64,000 bases of DNA from Chlorokybus atmophyticus (GCA_009103225.1 RHPI01003156.1:802159-866158), one strand, 5' to 3'; positions 37,079 through 50,450 are shown, numbered from the stretch's first letter. The notes: generated by a model not told the origin, from the letters alone. Translations and numbers: made by a program.

Positions 37079-40000
37079 TGAATGTTCCTTCCTCGGCACA
37101 TTACCACAGCATGACATCACAATTGGCAATGTGACACGAGCAGTGGATATAAATAAGTCCATCATTGGACTACAATTTATCGATTGGTACAAGCTGGCTG
37201 CACAAAACCGGTGCGAAGTTGGATTACTCAACCCAACAGCTGACATTTACATGCAAGCCACACGACAAGAGTGTTGAAGTAGACTTACACTTCACATATG
37301 AGCCTGCATTGACTTGTTTGGTGGCTTCAACTTCGCACGAACAACGCGCACATGCCGATTGTACTATGTTATTGCAAATACACAATTCAAAATGTCTGAT
37401 ACATTGACGCCTAATGAACAACAACAGTTGATGGTATTGTTGTGGAATGCAACATAGACAACTTTGCAAAAAAGTGGGAACCTCTCACTCACACACCTTT
37501 GGTCAAGCATGCCATTGACACAGGTGATGCAAAGCCCATCAAACAGAGACCTTACCGTTTGTCGTTCAACGAACCAAGTTGGTGGAACGCAAACAGGTCA
37601 ACGAAGAAGCTGAGAAATTGCTCAATGCAAACATCATTCGCCCATCCAGTAGTCCGCGGGCCCACGAGTACTACTAGTAGTGATGGTGCCAAAGCCGAAT
37701 GGAAGTATACGCTTTTGTATTAGCTATTGCAAGCTGAACAATGTGTCAAAGAAAGACGTGTACCCACATCCGCGCTGCGATGATGTGTTGAAAAAAGTGG
37801 GCAATGCCAAGTTCTTCTCAATCTTGGATGCTTTGCAAGGATATCGGCAAGTACTTGTTAAAGAATGAAAGTGACAAGAAAAGACGGCATTTGCCACACA
37901 TGATGGCTTGTACGAGTCGAATTATGCCATTCGGGTTAACCAATGCCACGGCAACATTTCAACGCTTGACAAGTAAGGTGCTCAAGGACTACATTGGTGA
38001 CTTTATTATTGTGTACTTGACTGATATACTCATCTTCTTAAACACCTATGAAGAGCATCTTCAACACTTGGAAAAAGTGTTTGCTATATTGCAAAAGGCA
38101 GTTATTAAGTTGAATGCACAAAAGTGCTCATTTGCAATGACGGAAGTCAAGCACTTAGGCCACCATGTGTCTGTGGCAGGCACACTACCTTAACTTAAAA
38201 GGGTTGAAGCTGTGCGCAATTGGTCCGCGCTTGAGAGTGTGACATAAGTCAGGTCTTTCCTCGGGTTGGCCTCATATTACAAACGGTTCATTCCCAACTT
38301 TGCAGATTGCGCAACCATTGCACGACCTTATTAAAAAGGCGTTGGAGTATAAGTGGGGCCCGGAATAACAGCAAGCGTTTGATGCGCTTAAGCTAAGCCT
38401 CACCACAGCGCCTGTGTTGTCAGACCTGACTAAAGCAAGCCATTTTTCATGATGACTGATGCCTTTGACTTTGCACTTGATGCGGTATTGGCACAGTACA
38501 CAGATGATTGCAAAAAACCAGTCATTGCATATGCGAGATCGCTCATCTCTGCAGAGACGAACTACAGTGTCTCTGAAAATGAGTGCTTAGCCATTGTTTG
38601 GGGTGTCTTATTTTGGGAAGTGTACTTGCATGGCAACAAGTTCACTGTACTCACAAACTTTCACTTTCCAAAGTGGTTGATGACTACAAAGGATTTTACA
38701 GGTCGGCTTGCCCGATGGGCTTAAAACATTGCAGCAATGTGACTTTGACATTCAGTACCATTCTGATGAAAAAATTGGCAATGTGGATGCACAAAGCCGC
38801 ATACCTCTCTGAGGCCCAGAAATGCCACCACTGATGCCAATGACAACTTGTTACTACCATTGAATGGTACCTACTGTAGGAGCAGTTAAAGCTCAGATAA
38901 GCTTCGGTCTTGGAGGAAAGGAGCTCACTGATAGCTCAGATTGATACTTTCATCTGAGTGATGAGGTTGAGGAATTTTTCGCAATCCCAATTGAGATAGC
39001 TTCAGAAGAAGCTCTTACACCAAAGGGAGAGTCATCTCCACCTCGCAAGAGATTGCGGTGCTCGTATTGCTACATACGCAATCATCACGCGACGGCAAAT
39101 TGCCCACACAAGTCCACCATCAGGTTTAAAGATGTGCTTGATAATGCACGAGTGATTGCTTAGCTCATAAGGGGGAAGGATGCATTAACTGGAAAGCCCC
39201 AAGGTATAAGAAGAAAGGTGATCAGCAGAGCCAAACGCTATTTTGTAAATGAACAAGGTTTGTGGCTGCAGTCAACCTCACCGTATGGGAAGGACAGCCT
39301 GTCTGGAATTGATCCCTCCACATTTGAGATTGATCCCTCCACATGAGACCCGTGCTAAGTTTATTAGGATGCGCATGATAACTCAAGCCATCGTTCCGCC
39401 ACAGTGGTGGGCGAATGGTTGAGACAGCGATTCTTTTATTACAAATTGAGGGAGGAGGTCAAAAAGTATGTAAAAACATGCATAGAATGCCAAGCTAATG
39501 CTCTGAAAGTGCGTGAACCTGCACCACTCAAGCCAATCAAAGTGAGTGCATTAGCATTTGAGAGAGTAATCACTAACCTCATAGGGCCGAATGAGCCACC
39601 AACCCTCCGTGGCAACACATACGTGATTACTGCCATTCATCACCTGACCAAGTGGGCTGAGGCTCGAGCACTGCCAAACAAAAAGGCAAGAAGTGTCTAT
39701 CCCTTCATCATGGAGGACATTATAGGACATTATAGGCCGACATGGCCTTCCCAGGATCTTGCATAGTGATGAGGGAAAGGAGTTTATGCAACAGCAGTTG
39801 CATGACAAGTTGGACACAATGCAGATTGCACACTATAAATCTGCTTCTTACCACCCACAAACCAACGGGTTGATTGAGAGATTCAATCAAACCATCAAGT
39901 CTGCAATTGCCAAGTACGCACAGACGTACACAGACAGGTGGGATGATATGTTACCTTTTACAAGGTTGGGATCTCGCGCGATGCGCCAACGCACGACATT

Positions 40001-40479
40001 CTCCCCTTTTCGCGTGCTGTACAATTGTAAACCACCCCTCCCTATTGACAGTGCAATTGAGGGAAACAATTTTCAAGTCGTGGACTTGGAAGACTTGGAC
40101 GGAGAATGGTTCATAAAAAATGGACAGGCATTGCAAAAGTTGCATGAACATGCGGCAAAAAATATTGCTAAAGCTGGGGCAAAGCAATTTACTGAATTCT
40201 TATCTCGCAAAACTTCCATCAACCTCCGCAATTCGTCTTGGTTAGCATTATTTTTATGGTTGTAACCTCGGCATTACTTACTGAGTATCGCAGCACGTAT
40301 GGTGGCGTGAGCGTTATGTTGATTATTAAGTTTTGAAACACTTAACTGCAGGTTGCTAACCATATTGTACCATATTGCACCATATCGCAGCATATGTATT
40401 CATATCGCAACATATCGCAACATATTGCAACACATATACATGTGGATTTGCATCAGTGCACGCCCTAATTGCTGGACTG

Positions 40480-43400
40480 TACCGAGATGGTTCTTTATGA
40501 TGGCGACGAATGCCAGGGCGGTTGATATGTTCCAGTTGGTATTGTTTCGTCATCCGCTATGACTCACGAGCAACACTGCGATTTGTCTCAGCATTGCGAA
40601 TTGTGGGACGACTGCGATGATATGCTTTCCTGTTGCCAAGATGCACAACGTAAGTTTGTCACGCGCATGCAATGTTGTTTTTTGTGCGGGCATGTATAGT
40701 TTTACGCTGCTGCTGCTACTTATCATCCAATGTATCGACAATCAGTACCCACTGTTGCACCATATGGTTTGGCTAATGTCTTCATGTCCCATTATACCAA
40801 GTGTGATAGTAATTACTACCAATGCCATCGATGTAGTCACGGGTCGGAGCGTTCCAGTTACATTGTGTTACACAGCGCACTGTACATTCGCAAGTTGTTG
40901 GAGGCACATTTCATGGTAGTGCAGATGTTGTCCCTTGTCAACACGTCCATGGCGCTTTGCGCCTTATATAAACTAACACAATTTCACTTCTAGCCAAGTT
41001 CAGCAGTTGAATATGATTAACGGTCCATTTATTCCTTGGGATGAGTTTACACATCAGAACCAACATGCCATCTTGTTGCTGGAGTTGTTGAGCAAGCTAT
41101 TATCGTCCAACACTCTTGCTCAGAAATATCAGACCTTGGCAGAACAACCATTTGGTTTTGACGGCATCCCCACTGTCGGTTCATCTACTATTCGTAGCAT
41201 TGTGTCTCGTGCACAGGGTCGTAATCCTTTATACATTGCTGGTGAATCAGCATACACATTCGTTTTAACCACTTTGTTGCCATTTCCTTCGCACAGCACA
41301 GTTGAAGTCACGCTGGTCACCATGTTGCGCGTTGGACATATGTCGCTGCGTGAGCCTTGTGTTCTTCTTTTTATACACATGGATACAGGTGGTGCGTACA
41401 ACATTCCTGGTTTAACTGTTGAGTCTGCGCGGTTTCCCATGTTGTTTCCGCACCATCGTGGGTTCTTTGATGGTAACGTGTACAGCAGACTGTCAGATTA
41501 TGTCAAGTTCCGTCGTACGCAATCGTTCTCAGTTTTCACATTGTACAAGCCTTATTTGCTGTTAATGTACTAAATCCGTCAAGCAGCTTCTCATAGTCAG
41601 AAATTGTCGCGAAGTTGCAAAGGACGCTGATATTAAGAAGTTCCTCAAACAACCACCTACTGCCACAATCAATGATGCCATCAAAAACGTTGTACAATTT
41701 CGTGTCCCTGGTGACATCATTTGATCTCCAAGTTGGCATCGACAAAAGTTGAGTGAGCTGTTGTGTCTGGTTGAGCATTGGGGTATGCCTCATCTCTTTG
41801 TCACCATGATTGCAGATGAAGTGTCCAGTACCAAATTTCCTGAAATTGTTGATTTGCAGAATGTTCTCCACAATGTCTCCACGCAACTTAGTTGGCGCGA
41901 TGCCCCTGTGGAGTGCGCACGTTTGTTTCATCATCGGTTCATCACCTGCTTTATGGAATATATCATGCAAAAAGATATTCTTGGACGTGTGATGCACTAT
42001 GCTATCAGGTATGAAACACAACACCGTGGAACTTTGCATGCACATGTTATGTTGTGGTTACACCCCGATGATGTTGAACGAGTTTGCAGTGAAATCACTG
42101 CGATTATCCCCGGAGATTTTGACCATGCAAATCAGCAAGTAATTGTACCAACTGGTTCTAAACTGTCATTTATGAATATGTTGCACGCAAGCAGATGCAC
42201 AAGCCTGTTGGCAGTGGCTGCTGAGCATTTGACAACAAGTGCGACATGGGCTTTCCGTATCCCGTACAACCAGATTCTCGACCGCAATTCAACACAGAAA
42301 CGCGCAGGTACGATTACAGACCACGCACCTGTGACCGCAATGTTGTTCCCACACATCCAGTGCAATTATTATTGTGGGGTGCTTATTATAATGTGTTGCA
42401 AGTCACTGACAGTTATTGGAGCAAGTATTTAGTCAAGTACACAACAAAAATGGAACCTTGTGGCACTGTTGATAATACATTAGACACCAATGCGCTCGGT
42501 TTGCAAGGATTGACTGTTAATGAATTGCGCATATTGAACACAATGTACTTGTCCAAACCCATTGCTCCAGCTGAAGCTGCTTTGATATGTTTGAATATTC
42601 CCATCATGCAAATGTCGTCCAATGTAACATGAATTGACACGCATTTGCCTAATAATCGTTCTCGCATAGTGAACAGTCGTGCACGTACAGTAATTGTGCA
42701 TCCCATGCATCGTTATTGTGTCAGGCCTGACGAGGTAGAAAGAGTAACAATGTACAACTACTTTCGACAGTACATGAACCGAGATGGAGACACTATGTCA
42801 CATAACACTGTGCGTACTTTAAGAGATAGACTGAATGCATTTGTGTATGAGTTAGCTGTCCCGCGCATCATCAGATTCACGGATTACCATCCTGTACACA
42901 GCATTGAGGGGTTGTGTTTCAATTTACTTCTTCAGCGGGTTACTTTTCGTTCTGAAGTTGATTTGATTTCTTTGAACAACCAATCACGCACTTACTATAA
43001 AGAATGTGTGTTGCGGGGTTTTATTAACAACACAAACAGCAGTTTGTTGACACATGTCATGCGCTATGCCGAACGTAATCTATACAACGGTGTTAAGATT
43101 TACCATATGATGAACGCCATGATGCAGACCACTGATAATGCTATGAATGCCTTGTCTATGGCTGCAGCTGGTCCGATAGACAGCCAAACTGCACCAGAAC
43201 CTACCACGCAGTATCCAACAGCAACATCATCCAACCCCGCATCTCCAGCTTCAACTGTGACAATGGATCCAGATGTATAAGCGCCGATGTTTCAAGGTAC
43301 TGTGAATGTTAAGGAGTTTGCGTTTGCGAACAATTTTTCTTTGGCCAGCCAGCAAGAACGCTCCGCAAGTAGTATCATTGCAGCACCGGTTGGTGTACAT

Positions 43401-44626
43401 GTAATATCTGGTTGTCCACTGGACTTGGCAAGAGCAGGCAAAACATTTTTGACTAAATTCATCACTCACATGTTGCGCGTTGCTGGGATATCTGTTTTAC
43501 TCAGTGCTACAACTAGCGCTGCGGCTCAGCTCATCTGCTTCAACTGTACATATCAACTTTGCAATACCTGTCAACGGTCAGCAACTCCGGTTTGTAACTG
43601 CTATGGATGATGCCTACAAATTGTTACATCATTGTCGAGTGTTTATTATTGACGAGTTTTCCATGATGACATCGCGGTTGTTTGACTTGGTAATGCTGCG
43701 CTTACAGCATCACCAAGTTCATGGACCAGAATTTCTACAAACAGTCGGCGTTGTATTGGTTGGTGACCACAAGCAACTGCCAGCAGTTTGTGGACACAAA
43801 GTCCAAGACACATCGCAGGTTTGCAGCAAATGCCATATTCCTGCATCACAAAGGTGGCCATGACGTAGGCAACATTTTCTTTCTGGTTTAGTGCGTCATG
43901 CTTCAGACCCTCTATTTGCTCAATTCTTGATTCAGATTGTTTCTGGCATACCCAATTTAGCAGAGATAGCCGATGCGTTAGGTGGCTGTCTGGTGACTTC
44001 GGAGTACTTATAGCAGTTACCAAGTGATGCAACCATATTGTGTTCGCATGTACAAGACACACTGGCTTTCAACAGCATGATTGTGAGACAACATTTTGCG
44101 GCCGATGCTATTGTGCCAACACAAACTACTTACTTTCAATGCAGTGAACGTGCCCAAATTGTACGACTGGATCTACAAACCCAAGTTTAAATTATTACCT
44201 TCAGTCGTCAAGGGAGCAAAGGTATTGGTTTTAGAAAACGTTTCACTGCAAGATGGTGTAGCCAATGGGTCTTTGGGAACAGTGACGCAGTTCAGATACT
44301 ACAAAGGTAATGTGAGCAGTATACAAGTTACATTTGATTACTTGGCAGAATCCATGTGGATGCGCCGAACAATACAGCAAACAACAACGTTTCAAGGCAA
44401 AACGTACTACAAAGCTGTGTTTCCTTTGCAGCTAGTGTATGCAATGACAGTGTTCAAGTGTCAAGGTGCATCGCTACAATTAACTACTGTTGTCCACATG
44501 CAGGAAGCCTTTGCTCTTGGATTGTGGTATGTGGCGTTGTCGCGTGTGACAAACAGGGCCTATTTACGGTTGACGCGTTTGCTGCGCCCTGAAGAGATGA
44601 CGCCCGTTCCTTGGGATTTACGTTGA
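40480..44626 (+). pseudogene. Helitron RepHel of element 2, degenerate
   Basis: WGMPHLFVTMIADE, RYETQHRGTLHAHVMLWL, YLVKY, AGKT, IIDEFSM, GDHKQLP, FPLQLVYAMTVFKCQG and YVALSR. Colinear with RepHel 1 but clearly diverged; the start is approximate. Confidence 0.93.
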
Positions 44627-44695
44627 TAACCGGTAAGTGCAATCAGTGTTGCGCAATGGTGTGGCATATGTTGCATTATTTTGGCGATATGATAC

Positions 44696-44920
44696 GATGT
44701 TGCGCAACGTTGTTTGATATCGACGCATATCGCAGATGCTTGAGCATGTGTGATCGATAATGTACAACATTGCACTACATGGTTCCAAGTTGGACGATAT
44801 TGCTTTAGGCGACATGGTACGATGTTGCGCAACGTTGTTTGATATCAACGCATATCGCATGATGTTTGAGCATGTATGAACGATGTTGCACAACATTGCG
44901 TTATATGATTCCATGTCGCG
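44696..44920 (+). repeat. Two tandem copies of a unit of about 125 bp containing CATATCGCA
   Basis: GATGTTGCGCAACGTTGTTTGATATC near 44696 and at 44821. Confidence 0.9.
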
Positions 44921-45370
44921 TAACATGAACTGCATCTCATGACCACATTGTACACATTGTACGGTTTGATGACATGGCATATACAGTTGATTGCCGTATC
45001 GCCCGTCATCTAACCATGCTTTGTATGCAATCATCTCCTCCATCCCATCATCTCTTCTCACCAATCGCATCGCGGCATGGCTTAGCACGTGGTCCTCTGC
45101 CGATGCAGACCCTTTTCCTTGCCACGCAGGTATACATTGGCAGTATATTTAATGCTGCTATAAATGTACACCAGTTGAAACGTCAAGTCGCAGGGCACTG
45201 TGCATACATGCCTGTCGCATCACCTGCCTCAGACACCTGCCCATCGTCGGAAACTGTCACCTCAGCCAGACACAGGTAACAATGTGGCTCAGTTTGCCTC
45301 TGTTTAATCTGGAACTCTGTGAGTCAACATGTTGGCGAGCGTTACATTGACAATGCACCTGATTGACAGC

Positions 45371-46878
45371 ATGGACTTTGACGGAAAAGACCTGTTTGAG
45401 AGGCTCTACGCTTAAATTTCCAATGACGAACCTGGCTTCAAGCGTCCAAGTACAAGTAGCTCTGGAGGTGATGCGCCTGGTCGTCCGCTGACAGCAAAAC
45501 AACTGGTAGCATGTGACTCATCAAGAATCGCTCTCAAGACAAGCTGGAGAGGCTATTCACCAAGCCAGAGGCCGATAAGTTAATTCGCCCTGCCAAAGAG
45601 AGAGCTCAAGAGTTTCGCATAAGCCACGGGGACTCCATTGCAACTGGTGAGAGGCGTTAAATGTACACTTACACACTGTGGTGCATGTGTTAACTGGTGC
45701 AAGTATGTGCAGGAACATGCATTTACTACTTTAGAAAGCGCGGCATCGACATTTCTGATGACCTAAAGCGCCAAGTAGCTTACAAGCTGTGGGACACTCT
45801 AATGCGCAAGGACAACCCAGATGCTAATAATGCAGAGCCAATTTATGCTAATCAGGTACGTGTCAATGTGACACTTGGTCATTGGCCAAAGCACCTGTAG
45901 TTAACAGATGTCTCACAGGTGTTTGAGCTGGTGCACGTTCGCAAAGTTTGCAACTGGGAGACAGCGCATTTTATGTCGCAACAAAAGGCAGAAAAAATCA
46001 TTGAGCAGATCAATAAAGCAGAACCAAGGGAAGCTCCAGTAGCAAATGTTGCTGCCAATGAGGTGTGTTGTTATCCAAGTTGATGATGGGATTACTGTGC
46101 TTGCCAAGATTAATCGCGATGACATGAGAATGCTATGGTTGCGTAGCAGAGTTCCAACAACAATGGGCACATCAAGCCAAAACCCATGCACTCACTCCAT
46201 CTTTTATTACACTTCTGTTTTTGCATTGGCTCCCTTGCATCTTATCCTTTACCCGTTGTCTATTTCCTTGTTTCTACTTCGCTACGCATATATGTCACCA
46301 TTGTTCAACATCAATCTCGGATGTGTACTACAGCGTTTATAGTAACATTGTTCTTTGCAGCTAAACGATGATGTCCAGATGATCCTGCGATCCTCGGCAG
46401 CAAGAAACAGCAAGTGTTGTCTATTTCCTTGTTTCTACTTCGCTACGCATATATGTCACCATTGTTCAACACCAACATCAGGGCCTCTGCACGTACCTCA
46501 AAAGATGTGCGCACCCCATAAACACAGGTGTGAAGTTTATCTACAAGTTGACGCATGTGGCAACACCAAAAGTATATATCGGTCAAAGTAGCCACTCGGG
46601 TCGACGTTAAGGAACATCGTAGACACCCGCCTAAGAAAATGTTGCCTGACTTAGATAGCAGTAAACCTTTTGAAGAACAAGTGCAGTTGGAAGTTTTAGG
46701 TGAAGGACATTGCAAGGCGCGAATAGATTGGTTAGAAGCTAGGTATATCACCCAATACGACTCTCGAGGGTGCAAAGGCTACAATATGGAAGAAGGCAAC
46801 CCAGCAAGGTTCAAGGCATTTTGGGCGCGCCGACGTAGTGGTAGCGGTTTTGGCAATAAAAACAAGAAAACAGAGTGA
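45371..46878 (+). pseudogene. ORF X plus GIY-YIG endonuclease of element 2
   Basis: MDFDGKDLFERL...FTKPEADKLI...HGDSIAT|GTC...KRQVAYKLW...PIYANQ|VFELV...AANE|, then FIYKLTHVATPKVYIGQS...KEHRRHPP...WLEARYITQYDS...GYN. Frameshifted. Confidence 0.8.
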
Positions 46879-47050
46879 AACTGGCTATTGTTTGTGTAGG
46901 TCACCATGTGTGTTGGACAGTTTGTGCGACACCATGCTTTGGTGTCGATATGATACAGGTGGGTGCATATTAGTGGTGTAACTGTGTTGGTGTAACTTCA
47001 TAGATGTACGTATGCTGTGGTGTTTGGTGTAAGTGTATTATCTCAGCGAC

Positions 47051-50025
47051 GTAAATTAACCGGGTTCATCATATTAACTGAGGTTATGTCACATTTTAAC
47101 TGAACTCTTTCAACAAGGAACTCACGACATGTCATGCAACATCGCACCATAGCAAGCCATATCACACCATACGGTGTCACGGCAATCGATATGCCGACAT
47201 ATAATGTCATATGGCGTGATATGGCTGAATGTCGCGCGACGTCGCTGGACATCGTGAGTTCCCTGTGCGTCATGTTAACACAATTCAGGTCAAATATCCG
47301 TATGCTGCCTATCGCAGTGACACAATGTGTGCGGCCATGTGTTGTTGTGCAAGCATGTTCCATAACAACACAACCATACAAGTAAGAACAGAGCATAAGA
47401 TTATTCAATTGACAAACTTGACATATGCATCGACAAGGGCAAAACGGGTTCCAGGAAAACAGGTCTACTAAGGGGGGGGGGGGGGGGGGGGGGNCCAGCG
47501 CCAGCAGCACCGGTATTGTGTGTATCAACATCCTCATCATCGTCACTGCTGCTCAGTTCATATACAGGGAAATCGGGGAGCGCTGCACCACGTGGTGGGC
47601 GATGCATAAAAATAAGTTGAAAGCAGCGGCAGAAAGGACACTCAACTTGAGGGTGAGATCCTGTGCGCAGCTTCTTCAAGCACTGATGGCACAGTGTAGC
47701 TCCGCAACATGGCATTGGTAGCAACGCTTCCACTGGCTTTTGCTCGCAGCAGATCCCGCATGTGTTATCTTCAATATCTACCACGCGCTTGCCCTTGTAG
47801 TCCTGGCGCACATGTTGCTGCATTTCTTCGGTTGTTGCTGCTTTACGCAGCAACGGGGCAACTGTGCAGAGGTAGGTACAAAGCTTCTCCCAGAGTGTTT
47901 GGTATAGTTGCAGTTGCAGCTGCCTTTTAACATCTCTGCGATTGAGGAGCGATACCTGGTACACCAACCAGTGAACACCAAAGTGTTGCATTTGTTGATA
48001 GTTGTCATAATTGTAACTGTTCAGTACCTATCCGTCAAGGTCGATCTCTTTCAACATGTACTTTGCCAAGCTGTTCAACTCTTTTCTGGTGACTTTCAGT
48101 TCCAACTGAAAGCTCTCGAACTGCACGCCATTGGGTTCAACGCGCTCACAACATCGCCAGTTTGCCGTTTAAAGACGCAGGACGCTTGTCAGCTCTGCGA
48201 TCTACAATAGCAAGTCACTTGCTGGTTAATCAAACAGTGCAGGAATACATACCTTTTTTTTGTGTGCAGCAACTGTCTGGTTGGCTTTTCCAATGTGGCA
48301 TTGCAGACGCGCCAATTTTGCATCGTTATGCTTATTGTGTTGCTGCAATTGTGAGGCCCTGCGCTAAGCTTCATTCAGCTGCTTGCGTAAACCCACGATG
48401 CTTGCTGCGTCTGCGTTTTTAACGCTTTCTGTCATTTTTACGTGCTCAGCACGCTTCAGGTCAGCAGAGCGTTGTTCTGCAGCAGCATGGCCTGCACGCA
48501 GACCATTAAGTTCAGTGATCATTTTCAACAGCTTTGCAGCGATTTGGGGATTAGGCTGTGTCTGGTTTTGGCGTAGCTGCTCTGCTTGCTTCAGGTTGCG
48601 CTCGCGAAGGACTGTGTTCTCGTCAACTAGTTTGAAATCTGCAAACAATGCCATCAGTGGTGTGTTAAAACAATGGCACAATTTCCCTTACTTTTGTTTG
48701 TAGACGAATGTTGTTTTGTACTTCACGAAGCAGGTTGGCACTAAAGGTGTCGATAGCAACACGCATAAGCTCAGGTGTAATTTGGTGAGTTGGCAAACGC
48801 GGCATTGCTTCCCCTGCATTCATATAGTTCACATGATCAGGTTGGAACCTCTGCAACGATGACATTGATCACCTGTTTCAGCGTCAGTGACATGAGACGT
48901 GGTGGGAGTAGCAGGCGCCATCGACAAATTCCTACGGCGCTACCGGATTCACACGAGAACCTGTTGGGATACATGCACTGAATGAAACCGTTGATGTCAC
49001 CACGAAGCAGTCACGTCTTTGTTGGCACCGTTAAGGCACTGGCATTGGTGGCTTCGATGAGGTCAGGATCGTATAAGATTTTAACAGGGTGCAGAACATC
49101 ATGCAGCGACGGTGGCAGGGGGGTTGTTTGCTGTGAAGGCCACGTTCCAGCAACTGGCATAAAGGCACCCACAGTAGGATTGAAGTTGTGTCGTGCTAGT
49201 GCAGCCCGACCCTAAGTGGCAACAAGTACATAAACATGATAAGAATCCCACATAAGTCCGTTCAATGTGCCTAATCATGCACACAGCAACATGCACTCAT
49301 AGTAAATTGACAGTGACATTGCACATTGTTAAACTCCCAGGCTGTGGAGCAGTTTGCTACTCGACCCGTGCACAATGCATGCCACCATGCAGGACTCACC
49401 AGATCCAACCAGTACTTCAGCAAGTCGTCTTGCTGTTGGCGTGTTAATGCATTGAAGGCGTCCTTGTGGATACCGCTAGTAAGGTGAGATTTAAAGTTTT
49501 GCACTCCCACTCTGGCGATCCAGCTTTTGTGTATGCCTGTGAGGATGCAGCCGTACATGCAACGAACGAAGTAACTTTCGAAGGTGGCAACACGCCGAGA
49601 ACCCGCCATGGACATGAGTAAAAAGGCGACGCAATGCACCAACGAAACAACGCGGCGGCTATGCTCGACAATCTTGGCGTCGCTGTCGTCGAAGAGCTTG
49701 CATGCGACTTGGTTTCCGGGCCATGGTAGTCATCGACCATATCGCCCGGGCGCGTATGATATCCCATCATACGCAGACACATTACGCACGAACCACAGTT
49801 TGACTTGAACTCTGTTAACATGTTGCCCAGGGAACTCACGATGTCGAGCGACGCCGCGCCATATCACGTCATATGACATCATATGCCGGCATATCAATCG
49901 CCGTGACACCATATGGTGTGATATGGGTTGCTATGGTGCGATGTTGCATACCATGTCGTGAGTTCCTTGTTGAAAGAGTTCAGTTAAATGTGACATAACC
50001 TCAATTAATATGACGGCACCGGAAA
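47051..50025. repeat. Pair of imperfect inverted repeats of about 240 bp (about 47051-47295 and 49798-50025)
   Basis: TCATATTAACTGAGGTTATGTCACATTTTAACTGAACTCTTTCAACAAGGAACTCACGAC... on the left matches the reverse complement of the right copy. Confidence 0.92.
47401..49615 (-). CDS. Multi-exon cargo gene with a zinc-finger-like N-terminus, coiled coil and C-terminal RING-type finger (possibly decayed)
   Basis: Exon 49615-49400 (CMYGC...FKSHLTSGIH), exon from 49211 (RHNFNP..GAFMPVAGTW), coiled coil at 48364-48681, and CGICC...PCCGATLCHQC...CPFCR at 47760-47626. Middle exons are not fully resolved. Confidence 0.72.
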
Positions 50026-50069
50026 TTTATTTTGTGGTGACCTCAACTGAAGCGCATTGCACGCACAAT

Positions 50070-50144
50070 ACCATATGTGTGATATCCAACATATGCTGTT
50101 GAGCATATCGCGCCATATGATGCTGTATGCTAGCACATCAAACG

Positions 50145-50179
<35 letters not shown>

Positions 50180-50450
50180 AGTGACGCCATATGCTGTGCT
50201 GCAATGTCGCGCTACGTTGCGTCCGTCTCTCCTTGTATGCCTGTTGTGGCGGTGACATGGCGTGTGATCATTGACGTCACTGAGTTAACAGAGTTCTGGT
50301 CACATTGCACGCATGATACCATATATGTGATATCCATCCATATGCTGTTGAGCATTTCGCGCCATATAATCCGGTATATTAGCACATCAAACGATATTCT
50401 ATCAAGTGACGCCATATGCTGAGCTGCAATGTCGCGCTACGTCCCATCCG
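50070..50450 (+). repeat. Tandem duplication (period about 250 bp) of a CATAT-rich unit with an internal (TA)n
   Basis: CATATGCTGTTGAGCAT...ATCAAGTGACGCCATATGCTG occurs twice. Confidence 0.85.

Larger units (their letters stand above)
34343..40265 (+). mobile_element. Ty3/Gypsy LTR retrotransposon, degenerate, no adjacent 3' LTR
   Basis: LTR about 34343-34738 and PBS TGGTATCAGAGC (tRNA-iMet) at 34982-34993. Gag CCHC CTCCNKSGHTAKGC (36022-36063), protease VVDSGA, RT MPFGLTNATATFQR...VYLTD (38014-38025), RNase H TDA...YSVSENECLAIVWGV and integrase (CIEC; HSDEGKEF...YHPQTNGLIER). Domain order is PR-RT-RH-IN. Confidence 0.95.
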
